64,000 nt of DNA from an uncultured Solirubrobacteraceae bacterium. Its GTDB lineage: Bacteria > Actinomycetota > Thermoleophilia > Solirubrobacterales > Solirubrobacteraceae. A model generated the notes under the pieces. It made no database searches and was not told where the DNA came from. It saw only the letters and a list, made by a program, of their open reading frames with translations. The first letter of the stretch is position 1, and the number at the start of each line of letters is the position of its first letter. The DNA is taken from the NCBI GenBank assembly GCA_963846015.1, contig CAWJUE010000005.1, positions 81,466 to 145,465 of the forward strand, written 5' to 3'. Positions 35,905 to 46,048 of this stretch are shown here, in pieces. The position numbers and the translations under genes were made by a program.

Positions 35905-36937
35905 CTACGCCGACGCCGTCGCCAGCGCGGCGCGGGGCTCGAGCCCGAACGCGTCGGCGAGCAGCTCGTAGGAGCGCCGGCGCGCCTCGTGGTCGTAGGT
36001 GATCGTGACGACGATCACCTCGTCGGCGAGGTACTCGGCGGCGAGCTCCTCGATCCCCGCGCGGACCTTCTCCGGCGACCCGACGATCGTCCGCCGGCCA
36101 CCCGGCCGACCCTGCGATCGGAATCCCCTCGGCCTTGAGGAACTTCACGGCCCGCTCGGGCGGCGGGACGGCGATCAGCTGGCCGCGGCGCAGCATCGTC
36201 ATCGCCATCCGGCTCGAGGAGGCCAGGAACTCGGCCTCCTCGTCGGTCGGCGCGCACAGCACCCAGGCCGCGACCGCGGTGCGCTGGGCCTGCAGCGCCC
36301 GGACCGGCTGAAAGCGCTCGCGGTAGACGCTGGCGATCGTCGAGCCGGCGGAGTTGATGAAGTCGGCGAACGCGTAGGGGAGGCCGAGCTCGCCGGCCCA
36401 GATCGCGCTCTGCTCCGAGGAGCCCAGCAGCCACGGCACCGGCAGCTCGGGCAGACCCGGCAGCGTCCTGGCCAGGTGCCGGAATGGGTGGTCGGCCGGC
36501 AGGTCGTCCTCGAAGTAGGCGAGCAGCTCGGCCAGCTGCTGCGGGAAGTCGTCGGGCGCGGCCTGGCGGCGGTCGCGCTGCAGCGCGAACGTCGTCATCG
36601 GGTCGGTGCCCGACGCCCGGCCGAGCCCGAGGTCGATCCGGCCGGGGTACAGGGCCGCCAGGATCGTGAACGACTCGGCGACCTTGAGCGGGCTGTAGTG
36701 CGGCAGCATCACGCCGCCGGAGCCGACGCGGATCGCCTCGGTCGCCGATGCGATCGGGCCGATCAGTACCTCGGGTGACGGCCCGGCGAGCATCGGCCCG
36801 CCGTGGTGCTCGGCGACCCAGTAGCGGTGATAGCCGAGCCGATCGGTCAACCGCGCCAGGTCGATCGTGTTGTGCAGCGCCTGCGCGCCCGTCGAGCCCT
36901 CGGCGATCGGCGATTGGTCGAGGACCGAGAGCAGCAT
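35905..36937 (-). CDS. Luciferase-like (LLM) flavin monooxygenase (frameshift ~36100)
   Basis: LSVLDQSPI, RYWVAEHH, RVGSGGVMLPHYSPLKVAE, RIDLGLGRA, WLLGSS. Confidence 0.9.
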
Positions 36938-36962
36938 GCATTCGATGGTAGAAACGTGCGCG

Positions 36963-37736
36963 ATGACGGCCGTGTCCGAGCTGCGCCGGGTCGCCGCGAC
37001 CCGCTACGTGACCCCGCTGCGGGAGGGCGGTTCGCTGCCCGGGCTGGTCGAGGCCGATGACGACGGCCTCTACGTCGCCAAGTTCCGCGGCGCGGGCCAG
37101 GGGCTGCGGGCGCTGATCGCCGAGGTGATCGTCGGCGAGCTGATCCGCTGCGCCGGGCTGTTGATCCCGGAACTGGTAGTGCTGACGATCGATCCCCGGC
37201 TGGGCGCCGCCGAGCCCGACCCGGAGATCCAGGAGCTGATCGCTGGGTCGGCGGGCGTGAACCTCGGCGTCGACTTCCTGCCGGGCTCGCTGCCCTACAC
37301 CGCCGCCGGCGACTTTCAACCGGGGGCGGAGCTCGCCGCCGAGATCGTCTGGCTCGACGCGCTGTGCACGAACGTCGACCGGACCGCGCGCAACCCGAAC
37401 ATGCTGCGCTGGCACGACCGGCTGTGGCTGATCGACCATGGCGCGGCGCTGTATCTCGCGCACGGCGGGCTCGATCCGGCCGCGCAGGCAGAGCGCCCGT
37501 TTCCGATGATCGCCGAGCACGTGCTGCTGTCCCGAGCCGGCTCGATCGCCGACGCGGGTGCGCGGTTGCGCGACCGGGTCACGGCCGACGCCGTCCGGGG
37601 TGCGGTCGGTCTGGTGCCGGGCGACTGGTTCGCTGGCGGCGATCCACCGGATGCCTACGCCGAGTACCTGACCCGCCGGCTGGTCTGGGGCGGATTTAGC
37701 GAGGAGGCCGACCGTGCCCGCGCCGGACGCCCCTGA
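36963..37736 (+). CDS. HipA-like kinase
   Basis: RYVTPLREGGSLP, YVAKFRGAGQG, NVDRTARNPNML, LIDHG. Confidence 0.85.
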   Translation: MTAVSELRRVAATRYVTPLREGGSLPGLVEADDDGLYVAKFRGAGQGLRALIAEVIVGELIRCAGLLIPELVVLTIDPRLGAAEPDPEIQELIAGSAGVNLGVDFLPGSLPYTAAGDFQPGAELAAEIVWLDALCTNVDRTARNPNMLRWHDRLWLIDHGAALYLAHGGLDPAAQAERPFPMIAEHVLLSRAGSIADAGARLRDRVTADAVRGAVGLVPGDWFAGGDPPDAYAEYLTRRLVWGGFSEEADRARAGRP

Positions 37737-37763
37737 ACCGGGTCGGCTCAGGGAGGTGGGCGG

Positions 37764-38172
37764 GTGGGCGGGTGGGTGCCCTACTCCTACGTGATCCTGC
37801 GAGTCGTCCCGAGCGTCGAGCGCGGCGAGCGGATCAACGTCGGCGTCGTCCTGTTCTGCCGGCAGCGGCGGTTTCTCGGGGTCCGCTGGGAGCTCGACGG
37901 CGAGCGGCTGGCGGCGTTGCGCCGCGCGGAGCCGGCGGGTGCGGCCGAGCTCGAGGCCGAGCTCGACGGTCACCTGCGCGCGCTGGCGCGCGTCGCCGAG
38001 GGTGATGCGCGGCGCCGGGCCGATCGCGGCGCTCGATCAGTCCGACCGCTTCGGCTGGCTGGCGGCGCCGTCGAGCACGGTCGTGCAGCCGTCCGAGATG
38101 CACACCGGCCTGTGCGTGGATCCGCTGCAGACGCTCGAAGCGTTGTTCGCGCGGCTGGTCCCGGCACGCTAA
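37764..38172 (+). CDS. DUF3037 domain protein (frameshift ~38010; start uncertain)
   Basis: YSYVILRVVPSVERGERINVGVVLFC..RFGWLAAPSSTVVQPS..HTG. Confidence 0.85.
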
Positions 38173-38182
38173 GAATACGAGC

Positions 38183-39205
38183 GTGACCGGCACCGCCTCC
38201 GCCTCCGCTTTGCAGACGATCGATGTCGGTGGCCCGTGGTTCGATGAGCTGTCGGTCGGACAGGTCTCGCCGCCGGTGCCGGCGTTGACGCTGACCGACG
38301 GACACGCGGCGCTGCATCAAGCGATCGTCGGCGACCGCCTGGCGCTCGCCCTCGATGGTCCGTTGAGCGCGGCGGTGACCGGTTCCGAACGGCCGCTCGC
38401 GCATCCGGCGCTCGTCTGGGACGTCGCGATCGGCCAGTCGACGCTGCTGACCCAACGGGTGATCGGCAACCTGTTCTACCGCGGGCTGGTCCTGCGCCGC
38501 GCGCCGACGATCGGCGACACGCTGCACACGAGCACCGAGGTCGTGGCCCTGCGCCAGAATTCGCCGAAGCCGGGACGGGCGGCGACCGGGTTGGCGGTGC
38601 TCCGCGTCCGGACGACCGACCAGCAGGACCGGCGGGTGCTCGACTTCTGGCGCTGCGCGATGTTGCCGCTGTCAGATCCCGACCGACGGACCGGCCATGC
38701 CGACTCGCTCGACGCGATCCCGTCCGAGCTCGATCCGACCACGCTCGGAGATGCGGTCGCGGACTGGTGCCTCGAACCGCTGCGGGACGGCGACGTGCTT
38801 CCGGCGCCGGGGACCGTCTGGAGGCTGCTCGGCGGCGACGTCGTCTCGGCCGCGCCCGAGCTGGCACGGATGACGCTGAACGTGGCGGTCGCTCATCACG
38901 ACGCCCGCGAGGCGGGCCGGCGGCTGGTCTACGGCGGACAGACGATCGGGATCGCGGCCGCGCACGTCACTCGGGTGCTTCCGAACCTCGTCACGTTCGT
39001 CGCCTGGCACGGATGCGATCACACCGGACCGGTGCTCGAGGGCGACACGCTGTCCAGCGTTATCGAGCTCGAGCAGGTCCAGCCGCTGCCCGGCGATCAC
39101 GGCGGGCGGCTCGTGCACCTGCGCTGCCGCGTGGCGGCCACCCGCGGCGAGCCGGCGGAGACGGTTGACGTGCTCGACTGGCGTCCGGTCGCGGTGGTCG
39201 CGTGA
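38183..39205 (+). CDS. Double-hotdog MaoC dehydratase, mesaconyl-CoA hydratase (Mch)-like
   Basis: GPWFDEL, VIGNLFYRGL..GDTLH..EVVALRQN, HHD..RLVYGG, DHTGPVLEGDTL. Confidence 0.7.
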   Translation: MTGTASASALQTIDVGGPWFDELSVGQVSPPVPALTLTDGHAALHQAIVGDRLALALDGPLSAAVTGSERPLAHPALVWDVAIGQSTLLTQRVIGNLFYRGLVLRRAPTIGDTLHTSTEVVALRQNSPKPGRAATGLAVLRVRTTDQQDRRVLDFWRCAMLPLSDPDRRTGHADSLDAIPSELDPTTLGDAVADWCLEPLRDGDVLPAPGTVWRLLGGDVVSAAPELARMTLNVAVAHHDAREAGRRLVYGGQTIGIAAAHVTRVLPNLVTFVAWHGCDHTGPVLEGDTLSSVIELEQVQPLPGDHGGRLVHLRCRVAATRGEPAETVDVLDWRPVAVVA

Positions 39206-40442
39206 GCGGCGCGATCCTGTCCGGGTTGCGTGTCGTCGAGGGGTCGGCGTTCGTCGCGGCGCCGCTGGGCGGGATGACGCTGGCCCAGCTCGGCGCCGAC
39301 GTGATCCGCTTTGACCAGGTCGGCGGCGGCTTGGACTACACCCGCTGGCCGCTGGCCGCCTCTGGGCAATCGCTGTTCTGGGCCGGCCTGAACAAGGGCA
39401 AGCGGTCGATCTCGCTGGATCTGCGCTCCGAGCAGGGGCGCGAGCTCGCGACCGAGCTGATCTGCGCCGGCGACGGGCCTGACGACGGACTGTTTTTGAC
39501 GAATTTCCCGGCCCGCGGCTGGCTCTCCTACGAGCGGCTGGCCGAACGTCGCTCGGACCTGATCATGGTCGCGCTCACGGGCAACCCGGATGGCAGTTCA
39601 GCGAGGTCGACTACACGGTCAACCCGGCGACCGGGTTCCCGTGGGCGACCGGGCCGCGCAACCTGTCCGAGCCGCTCAACAGCGTGCTGCCGGCGTGGGA
39701 CATCGCGACCGGCTCGCTGGCCGCGGTCGGGTTGCTGGCGGCCGAGCGGTGGCGGGCGCGGACCGGGGAGGGACAGCAGGTTCGGTTGTCGCTGTCAGAC
39801 GTCGCATTCGCGATGGTCGGCAACCTCGGTCGGATCGCCGAAGCGCAGCTCGGCGGCCAGGACCAGTCCAAGGACGGCAACTATCTGTACGGCGCGTTCG
39901 GCCACGATTTCGAGACCCGCGACGACCGCCGCGTGATGGTCGTCGCGCTGACCGCGCGGCAATGGCGCGCGCTGGTCCAGATCACCGACATCGGCGAGGC
40001 GTGCGCGAAGCTCGCCGAGGTCATCGGCTATGACCTGGACACCGCCACCGGTCGCTTCGAAGGGCGCGATCTGATCGCGGGGCTGTTGCGCCCCTGGTTC
40101 GCGTCCCGCGAGCTGTCGGAGATCCGCGAGGCGTTCGCCGGCACCGGCGTCTCCTGGGGCCCGTATCAGACGTTCGGCCAGCTCGTGACCGAGGACCCGC
40201 GCTGCTCGCCCGCCAACCCGATGTTCTCGATGCTCGCGCAGCCTGGGATCGGGGAGTACCTGGTGCCCGGCTCGCCGCTGGAGTTCTCGTCGCTGGGACG
40301 GTTGGCGCCGACCCGAGCGCCGGTGCTCGGCGAGCACACCGACCAGGTGCTCGCCGAACTGCTGGGTCTCAGCGACACCGAGATCGGCCGGCTGCACGAC
40401 GCGGGCGTGGTGGCGGGTCCGGGCGTGGCGACGTCGGCGTAA
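39202..40442 (+). CDS. mct: Mesaconyl-CoA C1-C4 CoA transferase (2-methylfumaryl-CoA isomerase), family III (frameshift ~39600)
   Basis: ILSGLRVVEGSAFVAAPLGGMTLAQLGADVIRFD..GGGLDY.RWP..SLFWAGLNKGKRS, TNFPARGWLSY, EVDYTVNP, GNYLYGAFG; matches Chloroflexus Mct as I recall it. Confidence 0.82.
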
Positions 40443-40509
40443 CCCGGCGCACCTAAGAACTCCATCAAGGGCCCTGTTCACGACCGCGCGATCGTGCTAA
40501 GCCTTCGGT

Positions 40510-41405
40510 ATGAACGCTGCAACACGGTCACCCACGCGCGTTCCGCGCGATCTGTCGTTGACGGTCCGGATGGTGCTGGTGTCGGTGCTCACGCCGGTGG
40601 TCTCGCTCGGCCTGCTGGCGCTGCTGTTCCTGCTGCCCGGCGCGTTCCAGCTGGGGATCGCGATCGCGTTGACGATCGGCCTCGTCAGCTGGGCGGTGTC
40701 ACGCGGCGACCGCCGCCGGCAACTCGGCCGCCTGGTGACCGAGGCCGATCACCCCGAGCTGCTGGAGATCGTCGATCGTCTGTGCGCGATCGCGGACATC
40801 TCCCGTCCGGAGGTTCGCCTGGTCGACCAGCGCCAGCCCAACAGCTGGGTCGTCCAGTACCGCGCCTCGAGTCCACGGCTGTATCTGACGACCGCGCTCG
40901 TGCAACTGCTCAGCACCGACGAGCTGACCGCCGTGATCGGTCATGAGCTGTCGCACATCGCCAATCGCGACGCGCTCGTGATGAGCGTCGTCGGGATGCC
41001 GAGCGCGGTCATGCGCCGGTCGACCGCGGGCGGCCTCGGTGCGGCGTTCGTGGTCATGATCGGGCTGTTCGCGGAGGTCGGGACGACGATGCTCTCGCGC
41101 TACCGGGAGCTGGCAGCGGACGCGGGCTCGGCGGCGATCACCGGTCACCCGTCGGCGTTGGCGTCGGCGCTGATGAAGGTGTCCGACGGTCTGACGCGGG
41201 TTCCGTCAAGGGATCTGCGCGAGGCGGCGGCGCTCAACTCGTTCAATCTGGTCGCGGTCCGGCCACGCGAATCCGGCCGGCAGGCATGCGGCCGACTCGC
41301 GCGTGGAACCGCGCCCACCGGCGCGTGTTCGCGACGCACCCGCCGCTGCAGGCGCGGCTCGACGCGCTGCACGCGCTCGAGCGCGCTCAGCACAGCGCCG
41401 GCTGA
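40510..41405 (+). CDS. M48 (HtpX-like) membrane zinc metalloprotease (C-terminal frameshift)
   Basis: GHELSHIANRD, SRYRELAAD, ALASALMKV, FATHPPLQAR. Confidence 0.85.
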
Positions 41406-41487
41406 TCCAGGCAGGGTTCACCTCCCACCCCGCGGCCGGCGGCGCCCGTCGTCGGCAAGCCGAGCTCAGATCCCCGGATCGGGTCGC

Positions 41488-41784
41488 TTAGCCGCGGCGC
41501 ATCAGGCGACCGACCGCGTCCATCAGCTCGGCCGTCTTGTCGTCGCGCTCGGCCGCGGTCTCGGCGCCGATCACGCAGTGGTGCGCGTGATCGTCGAGCA
41601 GGCCGAGCGCAACCTTGTCAAGCGCGGCGCGCACGGCCGAGATCTGCGTGAGCACGTCGATGCAGTACCGGTCCTCGGTGACCATCCCCTCGATCCCGCG
41701 GACCTGACCCTCGATCCGCCGCAGCCGCGCCAGCAGCTGATCCTTGGAGGCCGTGTACCCGCGCGTCGTCGTCGATTCGGTCAT
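41488..41784 (-). CDS. csoR: CsoR family copper-sensing repressor
   Basis: RLRRIEGQVRGIEGM..RYCIDVLTQISA..DDHAHHCV (Cys-His-Cys ligands). Confidence 0.88.
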   Translation of the reverse strand: MTESTTTRGYTASKDQLLARLRRIEGQVRGIEGMVTEDRYCIDVLTQISAVRAALDKVALGLLDDHAHHCVIGAETAAERDDKTAELMDAVGRLMRRG

Positions 41785-41803
41785 CGGGCGCGCAGAATAC
41801 CAC

Positions 41804-41818
41804 TACCCCCTATGGGTA
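41804..41818. promoter_or_regulatory. CsoR operator
   Basis: TACCC-N5-GGGTA (TACCCCCTATGGGTA) between divergent csoR and the permease, overlapping -10 TATGCT. Confidence 0.8.
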
Positions 41819-41828
41819 TGCTGAAGCG

Positions 41829-43148
41829 ATGCTCGACGTGATCTGGCATGGCGTCCGCGACGCGCTGCTGATGGCCTGGGAGGTCTGGTGGGCGCTCGTG
41901 GCCGGCTTCGCGATCTCCGCGATCGTCCAAGCCTGGGTCCCGCGTCAGCGGATCGAGCGGGCGCTCGGGGCCGACCCGTCGCATCCGGTCGCGCCGGTCG
42001 CGCGGGCGACCGCGCTCGGCGCGGCGTCCTCGTCGTGCTCGTATGCGGCGGTCGCGATCGCTCGTTCGCTGTTCGACAAGGGTGCGTCGCTGACCGCGAC
42101 GCTGGCGTTCCAGTTCGCCTCGACCAATCTCGTGTGGGAGCTCGGGCTCGTGCTCTGGGTATTGATCGGCTGGCAGTTCGCGGTCGCCGAATACATCGGC
42201 GGGATCGTGATGATCGTGCTGATGGCGATCGCCGCCCGGACGTTCGTGAGCCGGACGGTGGAGCGCGAGGCCCGGGCCCGCGCCCACGACGCCGACCCCG
42301 GTCATCAGCATCACTCGGCCGGCGGCGAACACGGGGCCGGCGGCGAGTTGGGGTGGCGCCGGCGACTGACCTCGGTGCAGGCCTGGTCAGACGTCGCCCA
42401 TAACTTCCGCGGCGACTGGCAGATGCTGTGGCGCGAGATCACGATCGGATTCGTGCTGGCGGGGTTCATCGCGCAGGTACCCGACCGGGTGTTCCGGCTG
42501 CTGTTCATCCATTCCGCGCCCGCGCCGCTCCCCGCGATCGAGAACGCCGTCGTCGGGCCCGTGATTGCGGTGCTGAGCTTCGTCTGCTCGGTCGGCAACG
42601 TGCCGCTGGCGGCGGTCCTGTGGTCGGGCGGGATCGGGTTCTCGGGCGTGATCGCGTTCCTGTTCGCCGACCTGATCGTGCTGCCGATCATCGCGATCTA
42701 CCGCAAGTACTACGGCGGGCGGTTCGCCTGGCGGATCACCGCGCTGATGGCGGTCACGATGATCGTCGCGGCGCTGATCGTCGACGCCCTCTTCTCGCTG
42801 CTCGGGTGGGTTCCGTCCGGCCCGCGGCCCACCCGCGCGCACGTGTTCGCCTCGATCGGGCTCAACTACAAGTTCTGGCTCAACCTCGCGGCGACGATCG
42901 TGTTCGCCGCGCTGACCTGGCTGACGCTGCGTCGCGGCGCCGTCGACCCGGTCTGCGGCATGCGGGTCGATCGCGCCACCGCGGTCGTCCGCCACACGCC
43001 ATCGGGGACGCGGTACTTCTGCTCCGAGCACTGCGCCGCTCGGTTCGACGCCGGGGTCATGCAGCGGGGACGCCGGGGCCACGCACGACGACGGCGGTGC
43101 CGCGCATGCGCACGTCGGCTGACCGCATCACCGATCACGGATCCGTGA
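41829..43148 (+). CDS. DUF318/ArsP-type permease with C-terminal YHS metal-binding domain
   Basis: ASSSCSYAA, SFVCSVGNVP, His-rich loop HQHH; DPVCGM..YFCSEHC. Confidence 0.85.
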   Translation: MLDVIWHGVRDALLMAWEVWWALVAGFAISAIVQAWVPRQRIERALGADPSHPVAPVARATALGAASSSCSYAAVAIARSLFDKGASLTATLAFQFASTNLVWELGLVLWVLIGWQFAVAEYIGGIVMIVLMAIAARTFVSRTVEREARARAHDADPGHQHHSAGGEHGAGGELGWRRRLTSVQAWSDVAHNFRGDWQMLWREITIGFVLAGFIAQVPDRVFRLLFIHSAPAPLPAIENAVVGPVIAVLSFVCSVGNVPLAAVLWSGGIGFSGVIAFLFADLIVLPIIAIYRKYYGGRFAWRITALMAVTMIVAALIVDALFSLLGWVPSGPRPTRAHVFASIGLNYKFWLNLAATIVFAALTWLTLRRGAVDPVCGMRVDRATAVVRHTPSGTRYFCSEHCAARFDAGVMQRGRRGHARRRRCRACARRLTASPITDP

Positions 43149-43177
43149 CGACCGACGTCGGCGGACTCGGTGTCGGC

Positions 43178-43418
43178 CACGGTTGGTCGTTTTTGCCGAT
43201 CGGGGGACGAAAAGAGACCAAGCCTGCAGCGCAAGACCCGTGCCCCGTGGCCCCTGTTACTCAGCGCTGGACCTCGAAACTGCGGATTCCAGGAAACCCT
43301 TGAGTCCGGGCGCGCGGCTGGCGACTCGGGCGCGGCCGCGCCAGCGAGGTTGCGGGCCCCAGGTCGATCACGGTTGGTCGTTTTTGCCGATGGGAGGACG
43401 AAAAACGACCAATCCCTG
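43178..43418. repeat. Two copies of a REP-like palindromic element
   Basis: CACGGTTGGTCGTTTTTGCCGAT..GGACGAAAA.(G/A)GACCAA at 43178-43221 and 43369-43412; each folds TTGGTCGTTTTT/AAAAACGACCAA. Confidence 0.75.
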
Positions 43419-43673
43419 GGATGCGGGGGCGCGGCATCTGGTGCTGGGGCGGCGACCTGGTGGGGGCGCTGGGCAGGGCGCTGTCCGTGAGCTCGTCGCG
43501 CCCGGGCGTCTGCGTGGCAGCCCGCTGCGGGCTGCTGCGGTCGGGCCCGACGGTGGGCACGGCGGCCGTCGTGGCCCGGGCGGCCCGTCGCGGCCCGGCA
43601 GCCCGCCGCGTGCCCGGGCAGCCCGCTGTGTGCCCGGCGTCCGGCCGGGCACACGGCGCCGCCGTCCCACCTC

Positions 43674-44153
43674 TCAAGCGGCGGCGGTCGCCTCAGCGGG
43701 CAGTTTCGGCTCGGGTGCGTCCTCTCCCTCGGAGCGGACGATCAGAACCGGCACGTTGCTGTGGTTGAGCGCGTAGTGGCTGACGCTGCCGAGTACCGCC
43801 GCGCTGAGCGCCCCGCGGCCGCGGGTGCCGAGCACGACCAGGTCGTAGCGCCCGCTGTGGATCTGGCAGATCAGCGCTTCGCGGATCGGATCGTCGGACA
43901 GGATCGTCGTCACCGGGATCGAGGGCGGCACCCGATCGACGGCCGTCCGCAGCGTCAGCTCGGCCTCGTGCTGCAGCTCGGATCCGATCGGGCCGGCAAC
44001 AACCATCGGCGTGTTGGCCCAGTACGGGGGGCGGGAGACGGCGGTCAGCAGCGTCAGGCGCGAGTTCTGACATTCGGCCAGATCGATCGCTTCGCTCAGC
44101 GCTCCGTCCGCCTGAGGGGAGCCGTCCACGCATACCAAGATGTTTCTGAACAT
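43674..44153 (-). CDS. Universal stress protein
   Basis: MFRNILVCVDGS, DLVVLGTRGRG..LGSVS..VPVLIV. Confidence 0.92.
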   Translation of the reverse strand: MFRNILVCVDGSPQADGALSEAIDLAECQNSRLTLLTAVSRPPYWANTPMVVAGPIGSELQHEAELTLRTAVDRVPPSIPVTTILSDDPIREALICQIHSGRYDLVVLGTRGRGALSAAVLGSVSHYALNHSNVPVLIVRSEGEDAPEPKLPAEATAAA

Positions 44154-44179
44154 GTCGTCGCTCGTTCATCTGTGGCTTA

Positions 44180-44205
44180 TTGGCATGCCAAATATTAGCA
44201 TGGCA
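44180..44205. promoter_or_regulatory. Probable MarR operator
   Basis: Perfect palindrome TTGGCATGCCAA (44180-44191) plus degenerate TTAGCATGGCAG between divergent usp and marR. Confidence 0.6.
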
Positions 44206-44225
44206 GTGGCTGCTACGGTTGGCTC

Positions 44226-44777
44226 ATGGCCGACCTTGAGGAGTTGACCGAGGTGATCTTGATCAAGCCGGGAGCGGCGCTGGGAGCGGATCGTGGCGAC
44301 AGCTTCGTCGACGCGGTCGACGCGGTCGACGCGGATGGTGGCGACAGCTTCGTCGAGGCGTTCGACGCGTTTTCGCAAGCGATCCGGCGCGCGCGGGGGG
44401 CCGGTTCGGATCATCCCGGGGGGCTGACCTTCTCGCAGTACGCGCTGCTGCGCACGCTCGCCGACCGCGATGGCGCGCGGGTCTCGGATCTGGCCGGCCA
44501 GGCGGCGGTGACGCCATCGACGGCGACGCGAATCCTCGACGCGCTCGAACGCCGGGCGATCGTCTGCCGTACGCGCTCAGCGCACGACCGCCGCGGCGTC
44601 ACGGTCACGCTGACCGACGCCGGACGGGCGGCGCTGCACCGCCAGGACGCCTGGATGCAGGGTCGCCAGCGGGCGTTCTACGCCCAGCTGCCTGAGGATG
44701 AGCGCACGCTGGCGCCCGATCTGCTGCTGCGGATGTCGGCGCTGATCGACGAGCTCGCCGCCGGGCCGCAGGACTGA
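44226..44777 (+). CDS. MarR family regulator
   Basis: LTFSQYALL..PSTATRILDALE..R...DRR...TLTDAG. Confidence 0.88.
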   Translation: MADLEELTEVILIKPGAALGADRGDSFVDAVDAVDADGGDSFVEAFDAFSQAIRRARGAGSDHPGGLTFSQYALLRTLADRDGARVSDLAGQAAVTPSTATRILDALERRAIVCRTRSAHDRRGVTVTLTDAGRAALHRQDAWMQGRQRAFYAQLPEDERTLAPDLLLRMSALIDELAAGPQD

Positions 44778-45043
44778 CACGGCGACTCCCGAATCCGACG
44801 TTCTTCACACCTCGTCCACATCGGCGCACGGTTGGCCTCCTATAAAACGTCGTGCTGCTCGCCGGGCGCCAACCCTCCTCGGGCGCCCGGCGGGCCTGCG
44901 TTTGACCTGCGGTGGAGCGCGACCCCCCGGTTGTCTGTAGTTCCGCGTCGCGGCCTGGCAAGCTGTTCCGCCGTGCCGGAATCTCAGCGATCGTGCCTCC
45001 CGTTCTCTCGCCAGACCCCCAGCCGACGCGGGGATTCGTAGCG

Positions 45044-46048
45044 ATGCCGTCCGCACGTCCCGGCGCCGCGGCGGTCTCCGTTGGCGCCAGTCTCCCGGCC
45101 GGCGTGCTGCTCAACGCGGAGATCGAGGCCCGGCTCGAGCTCGCGCCAGACTGGATCTTCCGCCGCACCGGGATTCAATCTCGCCGGCAGGCGAGCCCCG
45201 ACGAGCGGCTCCAGACGCACGCCACCGCGGCGGCGCGTCAGGCGCTGGAACGAGCTGGAGTGGCCGCCGAGGAAGTCGAGCTCGTGATCGTCGCAACGAC
45301 GACGGCGGACGAGATCATGCCCGGCGCCGCCCCGCTGGTCGCTCACGACCTGGGCGCCACCCGGGCCGGCGCGTTTGATCTCAGTGCCGCCTGCACCGGC
45401 TTTCTGTCGGCGCTATCGGTTGGGTCGGCACAGATCGAATCCGGTCGCGTCGAGCACCGCGGTGATCGTTGGCGCCGACCTGATGTCACGGATCACCGAT
45501 CCGACGGACCGCTCAACCGCCGTCGTATTCGGCGACGGCGCCGGCGCGGTCGTGTTGCAGGCGACCGACACCGACAGCCTGATCGGTCCGGTGATCCTCG
45601 GCGCCGACGGCGCGGGCGCCGATCACATCCGGGTCGGCCGCGAGGACGGCATGATCCGGATGCGCGGGCACGAGACCTTCCGGGAGGCGGTCGCGAAGCT
45701 GTCGCTCTGCACCGAACAGGCGATCCGCGCCGCCGACGTCGCGCTGGACGAGATCGACCTGTTCGTCTATCACCAGGCCAACGGCCGGATCCTGACGGCA
45801 GTCGGCGAGCGCCTCGGCCTCGACCGCGCGAAGGTCGTCGACTGCATCGCGGAGCTGGGGAACACGACCGCGGCGACGCTGCCGCTGGCGCTCGACCATG
45901 CGCAGCGCGACGGCCGGCTGGTGCCGGGCGCCAAGGTGCTGCTCGGCGCGTTCGGCGCCGGGTTCACCTGGGGCGCGACCGTGGTTGACGTGGGGCCCGC
46001 CCACCCCGCCCGACCCCACCGGTCCCGCCCACCCGAGGTCCAGCTTGA
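45044..46048 (+). CDS. fabH: 3-oxoacyl-ACP synthase III (frameshift ~45450; C-terminus uncertain)
   Basis: WIFRRTGI, DLSAACTGF (Cys), FGDGAGA, HQANGRI (His), GNTTAA (Asn), GAGFTWG. Confidence 0.88.

Noticed and set aside
38183-40442. Autotrophic 3-hydroxypropionate bi-cycle
   Set aside because: Key enzymes Mcr and Pcs are not in the window; two genes do not establish carbon fixation.
43178-43418. CRISPR array
   Set aside because: Only two imperfect 44-bp units with a ~147-bp gap and no cas genes.
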